Shown here in pieces: positions 1-9,728 of a DNA stretch of 64,000 nt. Under the pieces are notes generated by a model. The model did not search any database and was not told the origin of the DNA. It saw only the letters and a list, made by a program, of their open reading frames with translations. Origin of the DNA: a virus (lineage: Duplodnaviria; Caudoviricetes); the IMG/VR virus record IMGVR_UViG_3300028886_000059, positions 32,001 to 96,000 of that record; one strand, written 5' to 3'. How positions within the stretch are numbered: the stretch's first letter is position 1; each line of letters opens with the position of its first letter. Made by a program: the position numbers and the translations under genes.

Positions 1-3000
1 ATGGGTTTCAGTGGCCAATTTGACATTCTTGACGCTATCCCTGTACTCGTTGGCAAGCCTGCCGATTTCATCCCATGTCTCTTTCTTGAACGGGTTGGAA
101 ATCTTTACGCCGCCAGCTTCGGCAAGTTCATTACGAAGGTCGGCATAAGCCTTCTTAGCCTCTGCGCCCAAAGCCTTGAACTCGGTGGTCTGCATGTACT
201 CCTCCACCTCCTTCATGGTTTCCTTCGCTATATCTTCCAAGATATTGCCGATGCCGCTGAACGTCTGCGTCCAGTCGATGCTTTGTGCAAGGCTCTGCGC
301 ATCCAGCGCGGCCATCTTGGTGTTCTTTTCCTCTTCAAGGCTTTTCCTGCGCCATTCGCTTCTTTCGTTGGCTATCTTCTCGTCGTATTCATGTGCAATG
401 GCATATTTCTGCTGTTCCACTGAACCGTACTCTTTCAGGTAGTCAAGCATGGCATGGGCTTCATCCTCGTAACGCTTCTGCACCAAACGCTTGTATTCGG
501 CATTCTCTTTCAGGCGCAAAGCCTGTAGTTCGTCCATCTGCTCCTTGGCAAGCTGTAGGTTGATATATCCAGCCTTTCCTTCTTCCGTGTCGGAATAGGA
601 CTGCCCGCTGTCTTGGTTCTTGGCCTCCCAAACGCTTTTGTTGAACTCATAGAGTTTCTTCTTCATTTCCTCTTCGCGCCTGTCGATGGCTTCAAGGTTC
701 AACCTGTGCTGTTCATCCTGCTGGGCGCGTGTCCTTTCTTCCGCATTCTCTATGGTGGCAATCTTGGCGGCGTTCACAGCCTTGATGGTGGATTCGGTCT
801 GTGCGGCTGCTTCCTGTTCTGCCTTTTGCTCCAGTTCGTACAGCTTCTGACGAAGGGCGGCATTGGCCTTGGCGTTCTTTTCTGCATCCTGACGAGCCTT
901 TTCCTGTTCCTTGTTACGCTTATCGGCATTAGCATCGTAAGCCTTGATACCGCTGGCTTGAAGTGTTTTCTTCTCGGCATCAATCTCCTTCTGCATGTTA
1001 CCTTCGATAAGTTTTATCCTATCATTGCTTTCCTTGGTAAGCTGGTCGGAAATCTTCTTTGCAGCGGCCTTGCGCTTCGCCATGATTTGATTCACCTGCT
1101 CATCGGTGATGACAGGCAGACCGCCATAGGTGTATGCGCCGACGGACTTCAACTCGTCACGGGTGACATTGCCCTTTTCGCTGATGTCACCTATTCCGTA
1201 TTTGCCATTATCGTTCTTTTGCAGCTTATAGACCGCACCTCCGTTATCGACGGTTTTGTTGTACTGGCGTTCTATCTGTTCCTCATAAGCCTTTTGCAGC
1301 TGGCTTGCATAGGCCGCAGCCTTGGCACGCGACATCATGGCGGCTACTACGGCATCGGTATTCGTCACAAGAAGCCTTTCGGCATCGCTAACGCTGTCAA
1401 CGGCAAAGCCGAGGTTCTTGAACGCATCCTGATTATCCTTGATGAATCTTTCCTTCGCCTTGAGGTCATCGCCAAGTTCATCCCATTTCTTCTGCAACTC
1501 CCTATAGCTGATTAGCTGCTTAGACGCACTTTCCGCAACGGACTTAGCCCATTGCTCATGCTGTTCCTTGATGGCCTTGATATGCGCCTCCTTTTCTTCG
1601 CGGGCTTTCTTTTCTGCATCCGTCTCTGATGTCAGTGCCTTGACGATGGCATAGATGGCAGTGCCGAGGATGGCCAGCAAAGAAATGATTGCGCCTATCG
1701 GGTTGGCTCTCATGGCCGTGTTAAGACCTTCCTGTGCCACGGTGGCCGCTGTAGTCGCAGCAGTCTGAACGCCACGCGCCTTTGCAAGCGCAAACGTCTT
1801 GACCTCCTCGATGGCCAGCATCACATTGCTGGTTTTCTTGACAAGGTTGTATGTCGTTTCCAGTCCGACGAGCACGGCCAGCACCGACTGCACCTTTGCC
1901 TGAATCTGTGCCAGCTTCTCGTTCTCGGAATTGAAGAGCCCCATAACGCCAGTGACAAGACCTGCCGCACCTGCCACACCCTGCAATCCGACCTTCAACG
2001 TGGTAAGGTTCTTATTCGGGTCAGCGAAATACTGCATGGTGGCACTTGCAAGGGTCATTTGACGGCGAAGCTGTCCTGCCTGTTCCGCTAACTGCTGGAA
2101 CTCAGGAGTACCCTGACGGCCTGCCGCAATCATCTGCATCAGTTCATCACGCACATTCATTATCTGCGTGCGCATCCTGACATGGTGGCCGTTGATATTC
2201 GACAGTTCATCGACGTATTTCTTCTGTTCGTCTGTGAGTTCGTTGTATTCCTTCTTTGCGGCTTCCAGTTCCTTGACGGCCTTTCCCCACTTGGCCTCCA
2301 CCTCGTCGATGTCCTTCATGCTGACAGACTTGTCACCTGCCTCTATCTTCTTCCAAAGGTCATCAAGTATGGAGTTGTAGGCTTCAACGTCGCCGACGGC
2401 CTTTGCCATCCGACGTGCCATCTCGTCCGATTCCTTTGACAGTTCCTTTAGGCTGTTCCTGATTTCGTCGGTCTTGATACGCTTGGAGGCTTCATCCATC
2501 TGTTCACCCATCTGCTGAATGGCTGGGATGTTGTTCTGCCTGACGGCATCGGCCATCTTCCGCAGCTGGCTCTGCTGCTCCTCGTATGCGGCACGCTGAC
2601 GCTGGATTTCTGCCGTAAGTTCTGCATTTGCCCTTTGCAGTTCACGAATCTGCGCGATATTGTCATCATTGGTCTTGATGTTGCCAGCAATGGTGCTTCC
2701 GTCACCAAGGGCTTTCGCCATAGCGTCAAGTTTGCCTTTCAGACCTTCAAAGTATTTGTCAAGGTTATCGCACATCAAGACAACCTGCTCATCGAACTTC
2801 TTCAATTCGCCCGTAGGGTTGGAAAGGTCGATTTTCACGCTGACAGACTCAAGCATCCTTTCGTTGTCGCGCACCTTCTTGAAGAACTGGTCAACACTCA
2901 TGCCAGTCTGCTCGATGACCTGCCTTGTCTTCTTCATGCCATCCCTCACGTTCCGCAAGGTCTGTGAAAAGCTGCTGTCATCACCGACAATATCTATATG

Positions 3001-3018
3001 CAAATCGTATTCGCCCAT
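1..3018 (-). CDS. Tape measure protein (N-terminal part, runs off the window edge)
   Basis: ATG at 3018 (MGEYDLHIDIVGDDSSFSQTL...). The frame appears open to position 1, which would explain its absence from the ORF track. Coiled-coil A/E/K/Q-rich with a hydrophobic ANPIGAIISLLAI segment; follows the tail genes. Confidence 0.85.
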   Translation of the reverse strand, partial: MGEYDLHIDIVGDDSSFSQTLRNVRDGMKKTRQVIEQTGMSVDQFFKKVRDNERMLESVSVKIDLSNPTGELKKFDEQVVLMCDNLDKYFEGLKGKLDAMAKALGDGSTIAGNIKTNDDNIAQIRELQRANAELTAEIQRQRAAYEEQQSQLRKMADAVRQNNIPAIQQMGEQMDEASKRIKTDEIRNSLKELSKESDEMARRMAKAVGDVEAYNSILDDLWKKIEAGDKSVSMKDIDEVEAKWGKAVKELEAAKKEYNELTDEQKKYVDELSNINGHHVRMRTQIMNVRDELMQMIAAGRQGTPEFQQLAEQAGQLRRQMTLASATMQYFADPNKNLTTLKVGLQGVAGAAGLVTGVMGLFNSENEKLAQIQAKVQSVLAVLVGLETTYNLVKKTSNVMLAIEEVKTFALAKARGVQTAATTAATVAQEGLNTAMRANPIGAIISLLAILGTAIYAIVKALTSETDAEKKAREEKEAHIKAIKEQHEQWAKSVAESASKQLISYRELQKKWDELGDDLKAKERFIKDNQDAFKNLGFAVDSVSDAERLLVTNTDAVVAAMMSRAKAAAYASQLQKAYEEQIERQYNKTVDNGGAVYKLQKNDNGKYGIGDISEKGNVTRDELKSVGAYTYGGLPVITDEQVNQIMAKRKAAAKKISDQLTKESNDRIKLIEGNMQKEIDAEKKTLQASGIKAYDANADKRNKEQEKARQDAEKNAKANAALRQKLYELEQKAEQEAAAQTESTIKAVNAAKIATIENAEERTRAQQDEQHRLNLEAIDRREEEMKKKLYEFNKSVWEAKNQDSGQSYSDTEEGKAGYINLQLAKEQMDELQALRLKENAEYKRLVQKRYEDEAHAMLDYLKEYGSVEQQKYAIAHEYDEKIANERSEWRRKSLEEEKNTKMAALDAQSLAQSIDWTQTFSGIGNILEDIAKETMKEVEEYMQTTEFKALGAEAKKAYADLRNELAEAGGVKISNPFKKETWDEIGRLANEYRDSVKNVKLATETH

Positions 3019-3050
3019 AAAGCAAAAAAATCAAATAAACAACTTACCTG

Positions 3051-3122
3051 CAAAGATACTTTTATAAAGCCTGTAAATCCACTCAAATGAATCTTTTGCT
3101 TTCACCATATTTTTAAAGTGAA
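3051..3122 (-). promoter_or_regulatory. Putative late promoter (-7 TATCTTTG plus TTTCACCA-N9-AGTGAA box)
   Basis: Bacteroidetes -7 element at 3051-3058 and box at 3100-3122; same spacing at 9342 and 27143. Confidence 0.7.
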
Positions 3123-3163
3123 GAAAAAGCGCGAAAAGCACGGAAAAGAGGCATTTCTACCCT

Positions 3164-3910
3164 CTATTTCACTTGTATGCCCTTGCTTGCAAAGAACGAT
3201 GACACCTGACCGAACGAATCGGGATTGTTAGCGTCGAGCATGTTTCCACCTTCCGCAGTCGGCACATCCTTCATCTCATCATCCGTCATGTATATCGACG
3301 TTATCTTGTCTGCCAGCATCAGGCGCAAAAAAGTGTAGCCGCGCTCAAACAGGATTTCATTGTCGGTATATCCTATCTCCTTCAACTGGCCTATGAATGA
3401 GCCGAAGATGGAAACACCGCCTATTGTGATGTTGTTCTTGCCGTTCCTGTTCTTGATTTCCATTATCTTCGTCAGCCTTTCACGCTCCTTGTCAATGCCA
3501 AGGTGTTTCAGCAGGAGTTCCGTGTTGTCGGAAGAGATAAGGATGTTTATCAGCAAAGCGGCCAGTTCGTCAGTGCTAATCCTATCCAGCATGGCGATAC
3601 GCGCTACCTTCCAGTCGGCATCATACAAGTCCTTATAGGTGTTCGGCGTTGTGTATATGGCAAGAATCTCACAGCATGTTTCACGTTTTTCAGTGACAAG
3701 GCGAAGAGCCTCGACGTATGCGTTTTCTTTCAGCTTCCCCTTATCGACACCAAGCGAATCGAAATGCTTCTTCAACAGGTACTTCTTTGCAAGGGTGACA
3801 GGATAGAAACGTACTAAACTATCACCTACCTTGAACTCCTGCGGCTTTTCCGATATGATGTCAGCAAGTTCGTATTCGATTTTTATATTCTTCTTTTCAT
3901 CTTCTATCAT
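3164..3910 (-). CDS. Putative tail assembly chaperone
   Basis: 248 aa ORF between the major tail protein and the tape measure protein. Confidence 0.6.
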   Translation of the reverse strand: MIEDEKKNIKIEYELADIISEKPQEFKVGDSLVRFYPVTLAKKYLLKKHFDSLGVDKGKLKENAYVEALRLVTEKRETCCEILAIYTTPNTYKDLYDADWKVARIAMLDRISTDELAALLINILISSDNTELLLKHLGIDKERERLTKIMEIKNRNGKNNITIGGVSIFGSFIGQLKEIGYTDNEILFERGYTFLRLMLADKITSIYMTDDEMKDVPTAEGGNMLDANNPDSFGQVSSFFASKGIQVK

Positions 3911-3912
3911 AG

Positions 3913-3967
3913 TGGCGGGGCATGGAGTCGAACCACAACAGGCGAAACACCCTTGACCATCACCGCC
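3913..3967 (-). ncRNA. Miniature tRNA-like element (acceptor stem plus T-arm, 55 nt)
   Basis: GGCGGTG/CCCCGCC-A acceptor and TGTGG-TTCGACT-CCATG T-arm with only 23 nt between them. Confidence 0.5.
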
Positions 3968-4000
3968 AAAAAAAATGCCGCCTTATTGACCCAAGGCGGC
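3968..4000 (-). terminator. Intrinsic terminator after the major tail gene
   Basis: TGCCGCCTT-loop-AAGGCGGCA followed by a T run. Confidence 0.75.
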
Positions 4001-4018
4001 AAGGGCTTGATGTCACCG

Positions 4019-4630
4019 TTAGCCCGATACGACTTCCGTAAGGGCGTAGTAGGTGGTTCCGTTCTGAGGAGCGGTGTCCCAAGAATGGATGTATGAGTTT
4101 CCGTTCTTGATGAACCAGCCTTCCTCCTTCGGGTTCTTGTTGCTGTAACCCTCAGATGAAGATGACACTGCCGTGTACTCCATGTTGTCGGCGGTATGCT
4201 TCTTGATGTCAACATCGTCCAAGTTTCCGTTGGAGTCGGTAGAACCCTTGGTCTTATAGTAGTAGTGAGCCACAAGACCGTCAGTAGTGTTCTGCTTCAA
4301 CGTAATCTTACGCGACACATTCTTCAGTTCCGCATACACAGCACCGATGTTCTTTGGAATGATGGCGATGTCACCAGCATCCTCGACGAAGCCAAGCGTA
4401 ACCTCGTTCTCGTCACCGATACGACGGTCATACTCGATGATGTACTTGTCGGGGTTCTGCTTGCGACCCTCGGCCTTTCCACCTTCGATGTTGGCCTCCT
4501 GTTCAGAACCTTCTTCCACACTGAGGGATGCGGAGTTCTCCACGATGTCAGCATGTCTTACGACGGTGTTGTTGTCAACCGTGTTAGTACCTGTGCATTC
4601 GCCCCAGCCTAAAATCTTCTTAACTGCCAT
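4019..4630 (-). CDS. Major tail (tube) protein
   Basis: 203 aa, N-terminal LGWG motif, located after the tail terminator; C-terminal NPxxxGW..G.Y..YY module. Confidence 0.65.
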   Translation of the reverse strand: MAVKKILGWGECTGTNTVDNNTVVRHADIVENSASLSVEEGSEQEANIEGGKAEGRKQNPDKYIIEYDRRIGDENEVTLGFVEDAGDIAIIPKNIGAVYAELKNVSRKITLKQNTTDGLVAHYYYKTKGSTDSNGNLDDVDIKKHTADNMEYTAVSSSSEGYSNKNPKEEGWFIKNGNSYIHSWDTAPQNGTTYYALTEVVSG

Positions 4631-4632
4631 TT

Positions 4633-5028
4633 CTATTCGTTGTTAAAGTTGTACCTTATTCTATTGTTGATAACATGCTCGTCCTTTCCGTTCACAGGCA
4701 TTATCCTCTGCTTTTCAAGACGGATGATGAACCCGTCGCCATAAACGCATTTCAATGCCGTTTCACAGACTTTCGCAAGCAACTTTGTACGTGGTATATC
4801 TTCTACGGATTCGCCGTCGCTGTCGATGTTCGGAACATAGACGTTCACGTTCACGATACACTTCTGTATCTGCCCGTTGTCGCCGTCAAGAACGGATATG
4901 ATGCAGTCCTCGGACGCAGAGCCGCCCTTGCGGGGGATATAGCGTATTTCGCCCTTGATGTTCAATGCTATCGCAGACTCCTTTACGACTGCGAACACAT
5001 CCTGCCTTATTTCAACATCCGTTTTCAT
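4633..5028 (-). CDS. Tail terminator/completion protein
   Basis: 131 aa, VNVNVYVP motif, neck-gene synteny. Confidence 0.55.
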   Translation of the reverse strand: MKTDVEIRQDVFAVVKESAIALNIKGEIRYIPRKGGSASEDCIISVLDGDNGQIQKCIVNVNVYVPNIDSDGESVEDIPRTKLLAKVCETALKCVYGDGFIIRLEKQRIMPVNGKDEHVINNRIRYNFNNE

Positions 5029-5495
5029 TTCCTTTCAAACACTTTTGCGATTCTTTCTGTTAGCATCCGTTCAATGTTACCCTCGATGTATAGCTGACCG
5101 CCAGCAAGCACGACTTTACTTTCTATGGCCTCCACATACGCCGCATAGTCTTCACCAGCGACAATGACAAGCGCAAATCGGAATGATGCGTATTCTGATG
5201 CAAGTCTTTCGCACAAGGCTCGACCCTTCTCAGAACCTTCCTTTCCGTCAAGTACCGTCCTAAAGTCAGACATCTTTACGATTTCGCCATCCCTGCACAC
5301 CGCGAACCCTACCGACGAACGGAGTGAGCCTGTCTGATTGTTCCAGTTGCTCAAATCCCCGTTTCTGATACCTTCAACAACATATTCGCCTATTTCAGCG
5401 AACACGTCAATGACGGCATTCTCCACTTCGGATTTAATGTTTTCAAGTTGCGCAAGCAGCTTGTCAAAAGAATCCTGCCTGACTACTACACCCAT
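5025..5495 (-). CDS. HK97 gp10-like tail completion protein
   Basis: NQTGSLRSS and YAAYVE motifs. Confidence 0.7.
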   Translation of the reverse strand: MGVVVRQDSFDKLLAQLENIKSEVENAVIDVFAEIGEYVVEGIRNGDLSNWNNQTGSLRSSVGFAVCRDGEIVKMSDFRTVLDGKEGSEKGRALCERLASEYASFRFALVIVAGEDYAAYVEAIESKVVLAGGQLYIEGNIERMLTERIAKVFERK

Positions 5496-5821
5496 ATACG
5501 AGCGTTCAGCTGATAGCGGTGGAATCCCAGCACCCTAAATTCCCTGTCATTCTCGATGGCGTTGCCGTCACCGTCGATGAGCCTTACCTTATCGCCAACC
5601 TTGAGCGTCATGCAGTCATGGTTGAGATAGACGGTATAGGAATAGATGCGTGCCGTTCCGTCCTGAAAGGGTATCTGCCTTGCCGAGCCGTTCGGCTCAA
5701 ATCGGCATGGGATTTCAACGGTGCTTTCCGTATCAGGCTGCGGTACGCCGTTTTCATCCGTGCCGCCTCCAGTTCGGGTGACGACTTGCAACTTATGTGG
5801 TCTGAATGATACTCCGTACAT
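5486..5821 (-). CDS. Head closure / head-tail joining protein
   Basis: 111 aa, DENG...IPCR...LKVGDKV pattern, synteny. Confidence 0.55.
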   Translation of the reverse strand: MYGVSFRPHKLQVVTRTGGGTDENGVPQPDTESTVEIPCRFEPNGSARQIPFQDGTARIYSYTVYLNHDCMTLKVGDKVRLIDGDGNAIENDREFRVLGFHRYQLNARIWV

Positions 5822-5824
5822 GTC

Positions 5825-6166
5825 CTACCACTTTGAGGAAACATCCCTTATCATGCTGACACCGAGAAGAGATACCACTTCGGGGTTCGGGGTAAGCCCG
5901 TACTTCTTGCAGAGGTACATATACAGCTTCCCCAAATCCTCGTAGTTCCACGATAACGACATACCACCCTCGCTGACTGAACGCAGTTTCGGCGCAAGAA
6001 CCTGCTCCTCTATAATCCCGACGATGGCCTTGTTGACGGCCAAGCTGTTTGAAGCGGAATATTCCTGATTCGTGTCAAGGCCGAAATCTACCTGTACGTC
6101 AGCAAACTGCGCCTCCGTCAGACTGATGGAGGGCAGTTTCTGTGATATGTATTCCTTTATCGTCAT
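5825..6166 (-). CDS. Head-tail connector (DUF6706-like)
   Basis: MTIKEYI...SVSEGGMSLSW...LCKKYGL pattern. Confidence 0.6.
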   Translation of the reverse strand: MTIKEYISQKLPSISLTEAQFADVQVDFGLDTNQEYSASNSLAVNKAIVGIIEEQVLAPKLRSVSEGGMSLSWNYEDLGKLYMYLCKKYGLTPNPEVVSLLGVSMIRDVSSKW

Positions 6167-6177
6167 AGCGTCAGAAG

Positions 6178-6666
6178 TTACTCTTCATCACCTTTCAGGG
6201 CATCCAGTTCATCCTGTGCCACCTTGAGGGCTTCCTCGGCCTTGGCCAGTGCTTCGGCGGCTTTTTCAGCCTTTGCATTTGCCTTGGCGATTTGCTTCTC
6301 GTCGGTCAGACCTTCCTTTGCGGCTTCGGCTTCGTCGGCCTTGGCCTTGGCGGTTTCGACCTTTTCAGTGGCTTTCAGAACCTTCTCCTCGGCCTTGGCG
6401 ATGGCTTTCTCCTTTGCTTCGGCTTCCTTTGCGGCGGCTTCTGCCTCCTTTGCCTTGGCCTCTGCTTCCGCTTTCGCGGCGGCTTCGGCTTCGTCGGCCT
6501 TGGGTGCTTCGGCTACCTTCTTGGGTTCCGCATAGGGTTCTGCCAAACCACGGCTGATAACGTCCTTTGCGCGTTCATCTTCAAAATCCACCACGTCGCC
6601 TACGTTGAAGAAGTGCGACATGTTGAACTTATCCTTGAAGCGGGTGATTACCTTAATCTTCTTCAT
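6178..6666 (-). CDS. Capsid-adjacent protein with A/E/K-rich coiled coil
   Basis: F.DK...VGDVV.F..ERA N-terminal domain plus low-complexity tail. Confidence 0.55.
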   Translation of the reverse strand: MKKIKVITRFKDKFNMSHFFNVGDVVDFEDERAKDVISRGLAEPYAEPKKVAEAPKADEAEAAAKAEAEAKAKEAEAAAKEAEAKEKAIAKAEEKVLKATEKVETAKAKADEAEAAKEGLTDEKQIAKANAKAEKAAEALAKAEEALKVAQDELDALKGDEE

Positions 6667-6685
6667 ATTCCAGTCCTCCTACGGT

Positions 6686-7768
6686 TTAACCCATCACGCT
6701 CTTGGGGTCGAGTGTGTAGATTTGGTCAACGTTGTGGACTACGGGAACGGCCATAGCCTGCGAAGAGGTGAACTCACGCAGCGGGTCGTTCTTGGAATAC
6801 TGGCTGCAAAGGATGTAGCCTTCGACGGTAGAGTAGGTGACACCAGCGACGGGATGAGACTGCTCGGCAGTGTTGGTATAGACCAAATCGCCGACGGTAT
6901 CATCACAGGTGAACACCATGCGACCCTCTGCCCAAGGCTTGTGGTTCTTCTTGATGCCATTCACCTCCGTCTTGATGGAACGGTTGATGCGGTGCAGCAC
7001 AACACCCCACTTACGCTGGAATACCTGCGACACTTGGTCGAAGTCGAGGTTGGGGATGTTGTTTCCGACGAAGTTCTGATTGAACGCAAACAGCTGCTTG
7101 AACTGTGTGTTCTTATACAGTGCGCGGAGCGCATAATCGTCGGTGAACACGTCGGTAATGGTGTTTTGGTCTTCCAGTGCCTTGTCGAACACCTGCTCGA
7201 TGTCATCAACGGCCAGTGCATCGGCATGGTCTGCCCATGCCTTAACCTTGGCAACGAACTGGTTAGCGTCAAGGTAGCCGACATTCACGCGAACACCTGT
7301 TCCAGCGTTGCGCGAACTCAGACCGACACCCGTAGAGAGCTCAGACAGGAACATGTCCTCGAGACGCTCGAAGATACCTTCGATACAACGACGCAGATTT
7401 ACGAAAATCTTTCCGATAATCTGCTGAATCGGCATCTGCTTGGCAATCATGTTCTCGATGTCCTTCATCTGCTTTTCAGTCAGATACAGCTTCATGCCCA
7501 GCTTGGGAATCTCACCGTGGGCGACCTCGATGGTGTCGAGGCTCTTCAACGGCAGTTCCGAATCCAGCGCAACAACGTCAGCGGCTACGCGGGTGTACTG
7601 TGCAAGCACAGAAGCCCACATGCCATCGGACGAATACTGCGGGGTGAGCATCGTCTTGTAGAGATACGGCAACGACTGTTGACGCTTCTCATTCAGCTTT
7701 TCCACGATGGAAAGAACCAGCAGCGGAAAATACTTCTCAGTGTATTGGAAATAAAGTGACTGTTGCAT
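6686..7768 (-). CDS. Major capsid protein (phage cap E-like)
   Basis: 360 aa, AADVVALDSELPLK and GEIPKLGMK motifs, synteny. Confidence 0.85.
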   Translation of the reverse strand: MQQSLYFQYTEKYFPLLVLSIVEKLNEKRQQSLPYLYKTMLTPQYSSDGMWASVLAQYTRVAADVVALDSELPLKSLDTIEVAHGEIPKLGMKLYLTEKQMKDIENMIAKQMPIQQIIGKIFVNLRRCIEGIFERLEDMFLSELSTGVGLSSRNAGTGVRVNVGYLDANQFVAKVKAWADHADALAVDDIEQVFDKALEDQNTITDVFTDDYALRALYKNTQFKQLFAFNQNFVGNNIPNLDFDQVSQVFQRKWGVVLHRINRSIKTEVNGIKKNHKPWAEGRMVFTCDDTVGDLVYTNTAEQSHPVAGVTYSTVEGYILCSQYSKNDPLREFTSSQAMAVPVVHNVDQIYTLDPKSVMG

Positions 7769-7771
7769 GGC

Positions 7772-8527
7772 TTACTCCTCCTCTTCTGCTTCGTCTTTGA
7801 TGAATACTATGTGAGGGCAGGCGGTTTGGAAGGCTGACAGGATGCCAGTCATCGCAATCTCCAGTGCCTCACTGTTGACTTCGCCGTTGGTCATAATTGC
7901 AGCCAGCGGCATACTCTTCTTCACGGAACGGTACAACACACCTGCATAGGCGTAGTTGGCTGGCAGACTGTCATACTCGTAAACGGTGTTACCGTTTTCG
8001 TCGGTGGCAATCTCGTTTCCACTGCGGACATAGTAATCCGTTGAAACCTGCGGGGTTTGGTCGTTGGTCTTGGTGTAAACACCAGTAGCCTCCGTGTACC
8101 AGCCCTCGGTCTTTGGATTCTTCTGCTTGTAGTACGTCACACCTGCGGCGGGAGTCGTTACCGTATCACCAACCTGTGTGTAAGTACCATCCGATTCAGT
8201 GTACCAGCCGTTAGAATAGGGATTCTCGCCCGTCGGGTCAGCAATGGCCTCGTACAGACCAGCGGTAGTAACCTTGGTGTACGTGTAGCCACTCTTAGCC
8301 TTTACAGGCATGGGCTTGTACGTTCCTGCGCCGTCTGTGATGATTACATGGCCTGCATGAATCACATTCAGCGGGAAGTTAGCAGCAACATCCAGCGAGC
8401 GACCACCCTTGATACCCGAAAAATACTTTTGGATAACAATGGAATCGTTGCCGAATACTATCTGCTCACGATTTTGGTTTGCTAAATCAATCTTGGTCAT
8501 TTCGTTGTTAATTGTTAAGTTGAACAC
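7772..8527 (-). CDS. Head decoration/head fibre protein with inserted repeats
   Basis: GIKGGRSLDV...IHAGHVII...YKPMPV core; two NPxxxGWY repeats; start may be the later MTKID. Confidence 0.65.
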   Translation of the reverse strand: MFNLTINNEMTKIDLANQNREQIVFGNDSIVIQKYFSGIKGGRSLDVAANFPLNVIHAGHVIITDGAGTYKPMPVKAKSGYTYTKVTTAGLYEAIADPTGENPYSNGWYTESDGTYTQVGDTVTTPAAGVTYYKQKNPKTEGWYTEATGVYTKTNDQTPQVSTDYYVRSGNEIATDENGNTVYEYDSLPANYAYAGVLYRSVKKSMPLAAIMTNGEVNSEALEIAMTGILSAFQTACPHIVFIKDEAEEEE

Positions 8528-8534
8528 TCACGGA

Positions 8535-9314
8535 CTAACGAACCAACTCAGCTGCGATAGCGTCCACATCCTCCTTCTTGGGCTCACCGATGTTTGCCAA
8601 AGGATTCTGCTTCTCGTTAGGCAGATGACTTGTCTTCCAGTTGTTCGCCATAGCGGTCAGATAGTTTGTTGTCTTGTCTGCATCCCAGTCGGCTGGAATA
8701 TTCAACCCCAAATCAATCATTGACTGCGGTACGCCCAATTCTTTTGCCTGTTTGATGATTCCGTCCATACGAACGCGGGCAGCTTCGGCAGCGTCGCGGT
8801 CAGAAAGCTGCTTCTTGAGGTCGGCGATGGTCTGCTCGGATGTCTTGTTGGCATCAAGAATGCCCTGCATCTTCTGCTCCCATTCCTTTTCGCGCTTGGC
8901 GTTTTCAGCCTTTAGGTCGGAAAGAGCCTTTTCCCATTCAGACTTGCCCTCCAGTTCCTTCTTGCGCTTTTCCTCTTCGGCAGCGGCGGCGGCAGCAGCC
9001 TCCTCCTCTTCTTTCTTCTTGCGTGCAGCTTCTTCTGCATCCTTACGTTCCTTCTCCTTCTTCTGATACTCCTCTTCGGCTTTCTTGCGGCCTTTCTCGG
9101 TTGCGGATGTGCGCACAGTGTCTAACTGGCTTTGCATCTTCTCCAAGTAGGATTTCTGTGCAGGAGAATTAACTACGGTTTCCACGTTCTCGGCTGTTAC
9201 CAAGCCCGATTGCTCAAGCATGATGGCATGTTGCTTGAGGACATCATCACCTAACCCAAGCGAAGAATACGCCTGTTTTAGCAGTGCAAAAATTCTGTTC
9301 TGTAATTCGTTCAT
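8535..9314 (-). CDS. Capsid scaffolding protein
   Basis: Charged coiled coil, AKELGVP motif, upstream of decoration and capsid genes. Confidence 0.7.
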   Translation of the reverse strand: MNELQNRIFALLKQAYSSLGLGDDVLKQHAIMLEQSGLVTAENVETVVNSPAQKSYLEKMQSQLDTVRTSATEKGRKKAEEEYQKKEKERKDAEEAARKKKEEEEAAAAAAAEEEKRKKELEGKSEWEKALSDLKAENAKREKEWEQKMQGILDANKTSEQTIADLKKQLSDRDAAEAARVRMDGIIKQAKELGVPQSMIDLGLNIPADWDADKTTNYLTAMANNWKTSHLPNEKQNPLANIGEPKKEDVDAIAAELVR

Positions 9315-9341
9315 ATTGTCATCGAAATTTGATTCACAGGG

Positions 9342-9413
9342 CGAAGTTAGAGGTATTTTGTCAAATTTCAGGGCTTAGTTTATTTTTAGGTTTCACCAAA
9401 CTTTTTTAGTGAA
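9342..9413 (-). promoter_or_regulatory. Putative late promoter of the head operon
   Basis: -7 variant TAACTTCG at 9342-9349; TTTCACCA-N9-AGTGAA at 9391-9413. Confidence 0.65.
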
Positions 9414-9670
9414 AAAATAAACCAAATAACATTCATTTTCGGGCTTTTTCAGGGCTTTTTATACTGGCAGATGATACACTTATCATGTCAAATGGTGAAA
9501 CGCCGTCACAGGCCACGAAAACGGCAAAAATCAGGGTGTCGGCCATGCACATCATTACGGCGGTTTCGTAATAGCTGGCTGGCATACCGATTCAGGTTGG
9601 TTTTCTCGGCTATTCCGCAACCGTGATTTTTCACACCATCTGATGCTCTCCAGCCGCCATGCACATGCAC

Positions 9671-9702
9671 AAAAAAGGGGCGCACCCTTGCAGATGCACC
9701 CC
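9671..9702 (-). terminator. Intrinsic terminator after the amidotransferase gene
   Basis: GGGGTGCA-loop-TGCGCCCC followed by T6. Confidence 0.7.
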
Positions 9703-9728
9703 AACAAACAACTCCATTTAGAACGTGC

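Noticed and set aside
1-3067. Plus-strand ORFs such as 613-1515
   Set aside because: They are antisense shadows of the minus-strand tape measure gene. The same applies to most plus-strand ORFs in the window.
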